Of a DNA stretch of 64,000 nt, positions 7,852-16,737 are shown one piece after another; position 1 is the first letter of the stretch, and each line of letters opens with the position of its first letter. The stretch is taken from NCBI GenBank assembly GCA_004322425.1, contig SCVJ01000022.1:92064-156063 (forward strand), in the 5' to 3' direction. The DNA is from Chitinophagaceae bacterium (lineage in GTDB: Bacteria > Bacteroidota > Bacteroidia > Chitinophagales > Chitinophagaceae). The position numbers and the translations under genes are program-made. The notes beneath the pieces were generated by a model. That model searched no databases. It was not told where the DNA came from and saw nothing but the letters and a program-made list of their open reading frames with translations.

Positions 7852-9993
7852 TTGAGTAGTATTTTTGATAAAAGTAAAATTATCATATCAACTAACGACA
7901 TATTATCAAGTCCCATTGAATACCTAAAAGGTGTGGGTCCGCAACGAGCCGACTTGTTGAAAAAGGAGTTGAATATTTTTACTTTTAATGATCTATTACA
8001 TCATTTTCCATTCCGACATATTGATCGAACAATAGTGAATTCAATTAGTGAAATTAATAATACAACCGATGAGATTCAAGTAAAAGGTACTTTGTTGCAG
8101 GTTGAAATTATTGGTGAGCGAAGAGCTAAAAGATTGGTTGCGCAATTAAAAGATGACACAGGTTTTTTAGAGTTGACTTGGTTTCAGGGATTAAATTGGG
8201 TTCAAAAATCGTTACAAGTAGGAAAGCAATATTTCGTTTATGGGAAAGTAAGTTTTTTTCAAAGTCGCCCTCAAATTGTTCATCCTGAAATGGAGTTGGT
8301 TGCAGCGGATAAAAAAAGTGAAAATGCTTTTCTCGAACCCATTTACGCAACAACCGAAAAGTTACGATCAAGAACCCTTAATGGAAGACAAATAGGAAAA
8401 CTTACCCTTGAGTTGTTGAAATTAATGAATGAAAAAATAATTCCGGAAAATCTTCCTGATGATTTATTGCATCAATTAGGATTGATAAATAGATATAATG
8501 CAATTTCTCAAATTCATTTTCCTGGAAATAAAGAACAATTTGATCAAGCTGTTAATCGATTAAAGTTCGAGGAACTTTTTTTTGCACAATTAAATATGCA
8601 ACTTTTGAAATCTGAGAGACATCATTTTTCAAAAGGCGTTTCATTTGAAAAAGTAGGAGACTTGTTTAATGAGTTTTATAAAAATCATCTTCCATTTACA
8701 TTGACCGAAGCGCAAAAAAGGGTCATTAAAGAAATTCGATTGGATACGGCAACGGGAAAACAAATGAATCGGTTGTTACAAGGAGATGTGGGAAGTGGAA
8801 AAACTATTGTGGCACTATTAACTATGTTGATTGCGGCAGATAATGGTTTTCAAAGTTGCTTGATGGCACCAACTGAAGTATTAGCACAGCAGCATTTTAG
8901 AAATATTTCAAAATTATTGAATGGATTAAAAGTTGAAGTGGAAATTTTAACTGGTTCATCAAAAACTAAAGCAAGAAAAGAAATTCAAGAAAAATTAAAC
9001 AATGGAACACTTCATATATTAATAGGCACTCATGCGATAATTGAAAAGGAAGTTCAATTCGCAAACCTTGGTTTAGCAATTGTGGACGAACAACATAAAT
9101 TTGGTGTAGCGCAACGTGCAAGACTTTGGGAAAAAAATATAATACCTCCTCATATTTTAGTAATGACGGCTACTCCCATTCCCCGAACCTTGGCTATGAC
9201 GGTCTATGGCGATTTGGATTATAGTGTAATTGATCAACTACCGCCGGGGAGGCAATCCATTACAACTGTTCACAGACACGAATCGAGCAGAAATAAAGTG
9301 ATTAATTTTTTACGATCAGAGATAGAAAAGGGAAGACAAGTATATATTATTTTTCCTTTAATCGAAGAATCTGAAAAGTTGGATTACGAAAATTTGATGC
9401 AAGGGTATGAAAATATGAAAGCTTGGTTTCCGGAACCAAAGTTTTTGATTAGCGTTGTACACGGACAACAAAAGTCAATTGACAAGCTTACGAATATGGA
9501 AAGGTTTGTAAATGGAATAACACAAATTATGGTTTCCACAACGGTTATCGAAGTAGGTGTAGATGTACCAAATGCTTCGGTTATGGTTATTGAGAGTGCA
9601 GAAAAATTTGGATTATCACAACTACATCAATTACGGGGAAGGGTAGGCCGTGGTTCGGAACAGAGTTATTGCATTTTGTTGACAGGCACTAAAGTGAGTA
9701 ATGACGCCAGAGAAAGAATGGGAATTATGGTATCAACAAATGATGGGTTTTTAATTGCTGAAAAAGATTTAGAACTTCGAGGACCTGGCGATATTGAAGG
9801 AACTCGTCAAAGTGGTATATTAAACTTTAAGTTGGCAAGCATAGTCCAAGATAAGTCTCTGCTTGATGTTGCAAGAAATTTTGCAAGTAACATTGTAGAA
9901 AAAGATTCGGAATTGAGCGATGTCAGGCATTTACCGATAAAACGATTTTTGCAACAACAACAGAGAAAAAAAATATGGAGTAAAATTTCTTAA
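7852..9993 (+). CDS. recG: ATP-dependent DNA helicase RecG
   Basis: 713 aa. Has PIEYLKGVGPQRA, an OB wedge region, GDVGSGKT (Walker A), DEQHKFGV, and TATPIPRTL..QLHQLRGRVGRG. TTG start as listed; there is no nearby in-frame ATG. Confidence 0.93.
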   Translation: MSSIFDKSKIIISTNDILSSPIEYLKGVGPQRADLLKKELNIFTFNDLLHHFPFRHIDRTIVNSISEINNTTDEIQVKGTLLQVEIIGERRAKRLVAQLKDDTGFLELTWFQGLNWVQKSLQVGKQYFVYGKVSFFQSRPQIVHPEMELVAADKKSENAFLEPIYATTEKLRSRTLNGRQIGKLTLELLKLMNEKIIPENLPDDLLHQLGLINRYNAISQIHFPGNKEQFDQAVNRLKFEELFFAQLNMQLLKSERHHFSKGVSFEKVGDLFNEFYKNHLPFTLTEAQKRVIKEIRLDTATGKQMNRLLQGDVGSGKTIVALLTMLIAADNGFQSCLMAPTEVLAQQHFRNISKLLNGLKVEVEILTGSSKTKARKEIQEKLNNGTLHILIGTHAIIEKEVQFANLGLAIVDEQHKFGVAQRARLWEKNIIPPHILVMTATPIPRTLAMTVYGDLDYSVIDQLPPGRQSITTVHRHESSRNKVINFLRSEIEKGRQVYIIFPLIEESEKLDYENLMQGYENMKAWFPEPKFLISVVHGQQKSIDKLTNMERFVNGITQIMVSTTVIEVGVDVPNASVMVIESAEKFGLSQLHQLRGRVGRGSEQSYCILLTGTKVSNDARERMGIMVSTNDGFLIAEKDLELRGPGDIEGTRQSGILNFKLASIVQDKSLLDVARNFASNIVEKDSELSDVRHLPIKRFLQQQQRKKIWSKIS

Positions 9994-10036
9994 CAGAATA
10001 TTAAAACATCTATCGATATATTACGTTAAATAATAA

Positions 10037-13000
10037 ATGCAAGCCTTGGCCAAAAAGTTTATAATAATAGGGATACTACTTTTCAGCAATTTTATTCTTC
10101 GGGCTCAATTCGGAAACATTGAGTTTGTGGAAAACAAAGGGCAATGGGATTCTCGAGTTGCTTTTAGAAGCAATATACCAGCCGGTGCTTTTTTTATTCG
10201 CACAAATGGCTTTACGGTTTTGCAACACGATGAAAAATCACTTCAAAATTTTCAAGAAATTACTCACAACCATTCAGGCAAACCATTGGAACCGAATAAT
10301 AAATTAATACTTCGTTCTCATGCTTATTCGGTAGATTTTGTAAATGGTTCGGAGACTGTAGAGATTATTCCAGACAAGCCATTGGATACATATAATAATT
10401 ATTTTATAGGTAGCGATTCTTCGAAATGGGCAAATCACTGTCGAACTTTTCAGGCTGTTACATTAAAAAATATTTATCCTAAAATTGATGTTCGTTATTA
10501 TACAGAAAATGGACGAATGAAGTATGATATTATAGCGTGGCCTGGCGCCGATTTGAACAAGATTGTACTTCAATATACTGGTGCAGATAATATTAAATTA
10601 GATAATCGCGACTTAATAATAAAAACATCAGTAGGTGATGTGAAAGAGTTAGATCCTTTCACATATCAGTTTGAAAATAATCAACGCAAACAAATTTCTT
10701 GCAAGTATATTTTACGAGACAATGAGTTACGATTTTCAGTAAAAAATTATGACAACAAAGCTGTATTAATAATCGATCCAACATTAATTTTTAGTTCCTT
10801 TTCGGGAAGTACAGGGAGTAATTGGGGATTTACCGCAACCTATGGCGCTGATGGAAGTTTTTTTGGAGCGGGCATAAATATCGAATCAGGGTTTCCCACA
10901 AGCACTGGTGCTTTTCAAACTGTTTGGGGAGGAGGTACTGGCAATACGGCTTCTGATATTTCTATAATTCGCCTATCACCAAATGGAGTGAATAGAATTT
11001 ACTCAACTTATATTGGGGGCTCTGGAAATGACCAACCACACAGCTTGGTGGCCGATGCTGTAGGAAATATTATTATTGCTGGGCGTACAAATTCTCCCAA
11101 TTATCCAGTTACAGGTTCTGGTCAAATAGGAAGCGGAGGTGGTTATGATATCATTATTACAAAATTAAATGCGGCCGGAACTGCATTGATAGGGTCAAAG
11201 AAAATTGGTGGAAGCGGTGATGACGGAGTAAATATTGAACCGGATAGAAATGGAGTTAATTCATTGCAACAGAATTATGGAGATGATGGAAGAAGCGAAG
11301 TTATTCTGGATGCAGCAGGAAATATTTATTTGGCTTCTTGTACACAATCAACAAATTTTCCTACAACAGGAGGTTCCTTCCAAACTAGTTCCGGTGGTGT
11401 TCAAGATGGCGTTGTTTTAAAAATGGATCCCAATGTAACTGCCCGAATCTTTGCAAGCTATTTGGGAGGAAGTGGAAATGATGCGGCTTATGTACTTTCA
11501 TTAGCTCCGAGTGGAAATATTTTTGTTGCTGGAGGAACCGCCAGTGCCGATTTTCCAGGTGATCATACCAATACAATTGGTACATTCTTTCAAGGGGGCC
11601 TTGCCGATGGATTCATTTCAGAGATATCAAACAACGGAGCAACTCATATTCGTTCAACTTATATTGGCACAAATAGTACCGATCAAATTTTTGGAATACA
11701 GTTCGATCAAGCTGGTCAACTTTATACAGTAGGACAAACAAGAGGAACTTGGCCCATCATAAATGCAACATATAATAATGGTACCGCTCCTCAGTTTATT
11801 GCCAAACTTCAGCCCAATCTTTCCTCCTATATTTATTCAACAACTTTTGGAAGGCCTGCAGGAACACCCAATATTTCCATAACAGCATTTCTTGTTGATA
11901 ATTGCGAAAACGTTTATGTCTCCGGATGGGGTGGTGATATTAACCCCACAGGTGCTAATCCGAATCCTTATCAATCTTCATTAACTACAGGAATGCCTGT
12001 AACGCCTGATGCTATTCAAAACACAACAGACGGAAATGACTTTTATTTTTTTGTATTAAAAAAAGATGCTGCTTCACAATTATTCGGAAGTTTTTTTGGC
12101 CAAGCCGGAGGATCCTTTCCCGATCACGTTGACGGAGGAACAAGTAGATTTGATAAACAAGGAGTAATTTATCAAGCTGTTTGCGGAAATTGTGGTGGTG
12201 GTGTTATTTTTCCAACAACTCCTGGTGTGTGGAGCCCTACCAACGGAGCGGGAGCAATGGGCGGTTGTAATCTGGCTATGATAAAAATTTCATTTGACTT
12301 TGCAGGAGTGGAGGCCGGAATTCAATCATCAATTGGAGGTGTGATAAATGACACATCTGGTTGTGTTCCATTAACTGTCAATTTTATTGATAGCATTGCC
12401 AACGCTTTAACTTACTACTGGAATTTTGGAGACGGAACACCCCAAGTAATTACCACAGTACCCAATGTGTCGCATACTTATAATTCTACAGGATTATATC
12501 TAGTGATGTTGATTGCAGAAGATCCGACAACTTGTAATATAAGAGATACTTCCTACTTAAATATTCGCGTTGGCGATTTAGAAGCTTTAATAGATTTTAA
12601 TCCTGTAAAATTATTGCCTTGCGATTCTTTGAAATACAGATTTGATAATTTATCGGTTGCTCCACCTTTGTTGCCTTTTGGTGCTCAAACTTTTAAATGG
12701 AATTTTGGCGATGGATCTCCGACAGTTGTAACAGGTACTGCGTCTGTGTTTCATAGTTATTCGGCACCGGGTAGTTACGTTGTTACACTTTATTTGCAAG
12801 ATACTGGATATTGTAATTCGCCAGATAGTATTAGTAAAATCATCAATATTGCACCGCTGGTTGTTGCTCAGTTTACTACACCGGCATCGGGTTGCGTTCC
12901 GTACAACGCACGATTTACAAATACATCAATCGCTGGACAAAGTTTCTTTTGGAATTTTGGCGATGGGAACACATCAACAGCTACAAATCCAACTCACGCT

Positions 13001-13627
13001 TATTTATTCCCCGGATTTTATACTGTTACATTAATTGCAACTGATAATAATACTTGTAATATTTCTGACACAACATTTTTTTCAATAACTGTAAACAGCC
13101 GACCAATTAGCATCTTCAATTTTACTCCAAATCCTTCTGCAGAAAATACACCTACTACTTTCAATAATCTTGCATCTATTGATGCCATTAGTTTTAAATG
13201 GTTATTGGGTGATGGCGATAGTGTATTAACAAATTCTCGTTTACCTATTATTCATCAATACAATGCATCAGGACTTTTTAATGCTTGTCTTGTCGCCATT
13301 AATTCTTTTGGCTGTGCCGACACTTTTTGTTTGCCAATTCAAACTTTGATTGTGCCTTCCGTAGCAGTGCCCAGTGCATTTACACCCAATAGTGGAGATG
13401 TGAACAGCAAAGTATTAGTTAGAGGTTTTGGAATTGCTTCAATTAAATTTATCATTTGGAATCGATGGGGACAGAAAATATTTGAATCGAATGACAGAAA
13501 TATTGGTTGGGATGGGAAATACAAGGGAGTTTTACAACCCATCGATGTGTATATGTTTACCCTTGAAGTAGTATTTTTTGATGGAACTAAAACAACTAAA
13601 ACGGGAGATATAACGTTATTAAGATAA
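10037..13627 (+). CDS. large secreted surface protein: signal peptide, SBBP-type beta-propeller repeats, four PKD-like domains, T9SS type B (gliding-motility-associated) C-terminal sorting domain
   Basis: 1196 aa. Signal peptide ends ILRAQ. Repeated YSTYIGGSGND..G.IxxAG.T.S..FP units; four W(N/L)(F/L)GDG PKD cores; C-terminus VPSAFTPNSGDVNS...WNRWGQKIFES...GWDGKYKG...DVYMFTLEV...TGDITLLR. Confidence 0.85.
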   Translation: MQALAKKFIIIGILLFSNFILRAQFGNIEFVENKGQWDSRVAFRSNIPAGAFFIRTNGFTVLQHDEKSLQNFQEITHNHSGKPLEPNNKLILRSHAYSVDFVNGSETVEIIPDKPLDTYNNYFIGSDSSKWANHCRTFQAVTLKNIYPKIDVRYYTENGRMKYDIIAWPGADLNKIVLQYTGADNIKLDNRDLIIKTSVGDVKELDPFTYQFENNQRKQISCKYILRDNELRFSVKNYDNKAVLIIDPTLIFSSFSGSTGSNWGFTATYGADGSFFGAGINIESGFPTSTGAFQTVWGGGTGNTASDISIIRLSPNGVNRIYSTYIGGSGNDQPHSLVADAVGNIIIAGRTNSPNYPVTGSGQIGSGGGYDIIITKLNAAGTALIGSKKIGGSGDDGVNIEPDRNGVNSLQQNYGDDGRSEVILDAAGNIYLASCTQSTNFPTTGGSFQTSSGGVQDGVVLKMDPNVTARIFASYLGGSGNDAAYVLSLAPSGNIFVAGGTASADFPGDHTNTIGTFFQGGLADGFISEISNNGATHIRSTYIGTNSTDQIFGIQFDQAGQLYTVGQTRGTWPIINATYNNGTAPQFIAKLQPNLSSYIYSTTFGRPAGTPNISITAFLVDNCENVYVSGWGGDINPTGANPNPYQSSLTTGMPVTPDAIQNTTDGNDFYFFVLKKDAASQLFGSFFGQAGGSFPDHVDGGTSRFDKQGVIYQAVCGNCGGGVIFPTTPGVWSPTNGAGAMGGCNLAMIKISFDFAGVEAGIQSSIGGVINDTSGCVPLTVNFIDSIANALTYYWNFGDGTPQVITTVPNVSHTYNSTGLYLVMLIAEDPTTCNIRDTSYLNIRVGDLEALIDFNPVKLLPCDSLKYRFDNLSVAPPLLPFGAQTFKWNFGDGSPTVVTGTASVFHSYSAPGSYVVTLYLQDTGYCNSPDSISKIINIAPLVVAQFTTPASGCVPYNARFTNTSIAGQSFFWNFGDGNTSTATNPTHAYLFPGFYTVTLIATDNNTCNISDTTFFSITVNSRPISIFNFTPNPSAENTPTTFNNLASIDAISFKWLLGDGDSVLTNSRLPIIHQYNASGLFNACLVAINSFGCADTFCLPIQTLIVPSVAVPSAFTPNSGDVNSKVLVRGFGIASIKFIIWNRWGQKIFESNDRNIGWDGKYKGVLQPIDVYMFTLEVVFFDGTKTTKTGDITLLR
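12329..13352 (+). repeat. four tandem PKD-like domain repeats (about 83-93 aa period) inside the surface protein
   Basis: WNFGDG/WLLGDG cores at Trp codons 12419, 12698, 12950 and 13199. Each is followed by HxY and a ...C...D motif. Outer boundaries are approximate. Confidence 0.6.
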
Positions 13628-14662
13628 ATGAGCAGAATTATTTTTATAGTATTTTTCTTTTATTGCACGTTTTCAACAATGCAAACGAATGCACAGGATT
13701 TGCATTTTTCTCAATTCATAAATTCTCCATTAATTTCAAATCCGGCAAATACGGGCTTTATTCCAGATGGGGACTATCGATTGGGTGTAAATTATCGCGA
13801 TCAATGGAGTTCCATAATGGCAATTCCCTATAAAACAACAAGTGCTTTTGGCGATGTGCAGCTTCTTCGCAACAAGTTTGAAACAGGGTGGATTGGTTTA
13901 GGTGGAGTTCTTTTACACGATGTAGCGGGAAGTGGTAATTTAACATCCACTAAATTTTATGGTTCTATTGCGTATCATCAATTGGTTGGTACGGGAAGTT
14001 TGGTAAGTGCTGGATTCAATATTGGCTGGGCTAATAAACAAATAAATGTTACAAATCTTAAATTTCCTGATCAATTCGATGGTAAATTTTTTGACAATAA
14101 ATTGCCGACTTCTGTTTCATTAAGCTCCAACAACGTCAATTATTTGGATGTACAGCTTGGGTTAAATTATGCTTATTTCCCCAATGAAAAAACGTATTTC
14201 AACGCCGGTTATTCAGCACTTCACGTTAACAAACCACGAGAATCATTTTTCGTTGCTTCAGGCGGAATTGATAATCGGGTACCTGTTCGGCACACAGGGT
14301 TTATCAATGCAAGTTTTTTAATTAATAATCAATGGATCATTAATCCCAATATTTATTTTACAACGCAAGCAAAATCTGTAGAAGGTGTGGGTGGATTTAA
14401 TGCTCAATATAATTTATCGGGAGATGGAGAATATCAATTGGTGGGTGGCATTTATTACAGACACAAAGAATCAATCATTCCACTTATAGGTTTGATGTGG
14501 AAAGACTTGAAGGCCACATTTACTTTTGATGCTACTGTTTCTTCGATTAAAAATTATAATAATGGAAGAGGGGCGTTGGAGTTCTCAATCATCAAACAAG
14601 GCATCTTGGATTCTTATCGTGGCAATAAAAAGCAATCACTTTGCCCTACTTTCAAAAACTGA
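13628..14662 (+). CDS. PorP/SprF family type IX secretion system membrane protein
   Basis: 344 aa. Signal peptide, then QDLHFSQFINSPLISNPANTGF, the family's N-terminal signature; the rest is beta-barrel-like. Its ATG directly abuts the upstream stop (TAAATG). Confidence 0.85.
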   Translation: MSRIIFIVFFFYCTFSTMQTNAQDLHFSQFINSPLISNPANTGFIPDGDYRLGVNYRDQWSSIMAIPYKTTSAFGDVQLLRNKFETGWIGLGGVLLHDVAGSGNLTSTKFYGSIAYHQLVGTGSLVSAGFNIGWANKQINVTNLKFPDQFDGKFFDNKLPTSVSLSSNNVNYLDVQLGLNYAYFPNEKTYFNAGYSALHVNKPRESFFVASGGIDNRVPVRHTGFINASFLINNQWIINPNIYFTTQAKSVEGVGGFNAQYNLSGDGEYQLVGGIYYRHKESIIPLIGLMWKDLKATFTFDATVSSIKNYNNGRGALEFSIIKQGILDSYRGNKKQSLCPTFKN

Positions 14663-14725
14663 AAGTAGAAATTTTTCAATTTCATGTAATAATATTTGCG
14701 ATTTTTACTTTTCTATTACTCCAAA

Positions 14726-16141
14726 ATGAAATCAAACGGAAAGACAAAAATCACAGAGGAACATTGTAATCTGTTCCGTAAAATTGTTGGCGAACAATTT
14801 GTTTTTACAGAAGAAACTGTACTGTATCATTATGCGCACGACGAAACAGAAAATTTATTTTTCCAGCCAGATCTTGTTATTAAACCAAGAACAGCAACTG
14901 AAATTAGTGCCATTTTAAAAATTTGTAATACAGAAAAAATTTCGATTACACCTCGCGGAGCAGGAACGGGGCTTAGTGGCGGAGCATTACCTCATCTCGG
15001 AGGAATAGTACTTTCCACAGAAAGAATGAATTCAATACTTGATATTGATGAACGGAATTTACAAGTTACAACTGAGCCAGGTGTGATTACGGAAGTTTTG
15101 CAAAATGCGGTTAAGGAAAAAGGATTATTCTATCCACCCGATCCGGCAAGTAGAGGTTCTTGTTTCATCGGTGGAAATATTGCTGAAAATAGCGGAGGGC
15201 CGAAAGCCGTAAAGTATGGGGTTGTAAAAGATTATGTTTTGAATTTGGAAATTGTGTTGCCAACCGGAGAAATAATTTGGACGGGAGCCAGCGTGTTAAA
15301 AAATGCTACTGGCTATAATCTTACACAACTTATTGTTGGTAGTGAAGGCACTTTAGGAATAGTTACCAAAATTGTTTTGCGCTTAATTCCTTTCCCCAAA
15401 TTTGATTTATTAATGCTTGTTCCTTTTCGAAAATTAGAAGAAGCAGGAGAAGCAGTAAGTAATATTTTTCGTGAAGGGTTTGTTCCGAGTGCGATGGAGT
15501 TGATTGAAATAAATGCCCTAAAAATTGTAAATGATTTTGTAGGAAATAGTACTATTCCTATTACGGATGATGTTCAAGCTCATTTAATTATTGAAGTAGA
15601 CGGAAACAATATGGATGTGTTGATGAGTGAAATGGAAACAATAAGCGAAAAGCTTTCAAAGTATGATATCGGAGAAATTTATTTTGCTGATAATGCTCAA
15701 CAAAAAGCTGAATTGTGGAAATTAAGAAGACGTGTAGCCGAAGCTGTAAAGCTTGCCGGGTATACTATTGAAGAAGATACGGTTGTGCCAAGAGCTGAAC
15801 TTCCTGCACTAATAAATGGCGTTAAAGAGTTAGGAATAGTTTATGATTTTAATGCTGTGTGCTATGGCCATGCGGGTGATGGCAATCTTCATATTCGAAT
15901 TAAAAAGGATGGAGTAGTGAATAGTCAGGATTCGCCGGAAATGATTCAATGTCTTCGTGCATTATTTCAGTTGGTAAAAAAACTGGGAGGTACTATTAGT
16001 GGCGAACACGGTATTGGGCTTATTCAAAAAGAATTTATGGATATTGTTTTTGAAAAAAAATCATTAGAGTTGATGCGTGAGATAAAAAAAATATTTGATC
16101 CCAATAATATTTTAAATCCCGGAAAAATATTTGATAAGTAG
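14726..16141 (+). CDS. FAD-binding oxidase (GlcD / D-lactate dehydrogenase-like)
   Basis: ITPRGAGTGLSGGA, GGNIAENSGGPKAVKYG and GTISGEHGIGL motifs. The first ATG (MKSNGK) is at 14726; the ORF-track start at 14696 is a TTG 10 codons upstream. Confidence 0.85.
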   Translation: MKSNGKTKITEEHCNLFRKIVGEQFVFTEETVLYHYAHDETENLFFQPDLVIKPRTATEISAILKICNTEKISITPRGAGTGLSGGALPHLGGIVLSTERMNSILDIDERNLQVTTEPGVITEVLQNAVKEKGLFYPPDPASRGSCFIGGNIAENSGGPKAVKYGVVKDYVLNLEIVLPTGEIIWTGASVLKNATGYNLTQLIVGSEGTLGIVTKIVLRLIPFPKFDLLMLVPFRKLEEAGEAVSNIFREGFVPSAMELIEINALKIVNDFVGNSTIPITDDVQAHLIIEVDGNNMDVLMSEMETISEKLSKYDIGEIYFADNAQQKAELWKLRRRVAEAVKLAGYTIEEDTVVPRAELPALINGVKELGIVYDFNAVCYGHAGDGNLHIRIKKDGVVNSQDSPEMIQCLRALFQLVKKLGGTISGEHGIGLIQKEFMDIVFEKKSLELMREIKKIFDPNNILNPGKIFDK

Positions 16142-16142
16142 A

Positions 16143-16679
16143 CTATAAAAATTCAAGCAGTTCACGGGGATGATTTAAGATAGTAATTCTTTTTTGGACG
16201 GGTTCGTATAAAAATCCGTTTTTCTCCAATAAATGCATGTGCTGCAAAAGATGATCGTAAAATCCATTGGAGTTCAATATAAAAATGGGTTTGTTGTGAA
16301 TGGAAAGTTGATTCCATGTTAGCATTTCAAATAATTCATCCAACGTACCAAATCCCCCCGGCAGAACCATCGCTGCATCGGAGAGATCATATATTTTTTG
16401 TTTTCGTACATGCATACTATCAACAATCAACAGTTGGGTAATCTCTCTGTGCTCTTGTTCCCATGCTAATAATATTTTGGGGATGACGCCAATCACATTT
16501 CCTTTGTGCTGTATCATTGCATCAGCTAAACTTCCCATAATACCATTGCCGCCACCACCATAAATCAAGGTAATGTTTTCTGCCGACAGTAATTCTCCTA
16601 ATTCAGTGGCGTGTTGTGCGAACAACGGATCTGTTCCTGATTTTGAACCACAAAAAACAGCCAGCGATTGTATCTTCAT
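16143..16679 (-). CDS. LOG family protein (TIGR00730-type nucleotide 5'-monophosphate nucleosidase)
   Basis: VFCGS, GGGGNGIMG and PGGFGTLDELFEMLTW motifs. Start moved to the ATG at 16679 (MKIQSLAVFCGS) because a -7 box overlaps the listed TTG start. Confidence 0.85.
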   Translation of the reverse strand: MKIQSLAVFCGSKSGTDPLFAQHATELGELLSAENITLIYGGGGNGIMGSLADAMIQHKGNVIGVIPKILLAWEQEHREITQLLIVDSMHVRKQKIYDLSDAAMVLPGGFGTLDELFEMLTWNQLSIHNKPIFILNSNGFYDHLLQHMHLLEKNGFLYEPVQKRITILNHPRELLEFL

Positions 16680-16697
16680 ATATTTAATTATCTTGCT

Positions 16698-16705
16698 CAA
16701 ATCTA
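16698..16705 (-). promoter_or_regulatory. -7 box TAGATTTG (minus strand) for the LOG gene
   Basis: Plus strand caaatcta; exact TAnnTTTG 18 nt upstream of the ATG at 16679. Confidence 0.4.
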
Positions 16706-16737
16706 ATACAGATTACCTTTTAAACAAGTATCTATTT

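Noticed and set aside
16573-16737. N-terminal 55-codon extension of the symporter ORF overlapping the LOG gene. Analogous extensions occur at murD (41243), murG (43833), queA (34329), the GNAT-like gene (29075) and the DsbD-like gene (63009).
   Set aside because: The extensions overlap neighbouring conserved genes or promoter boxes and have atypical composition. In every case an internal ATG gives the canonical family N-terminus.
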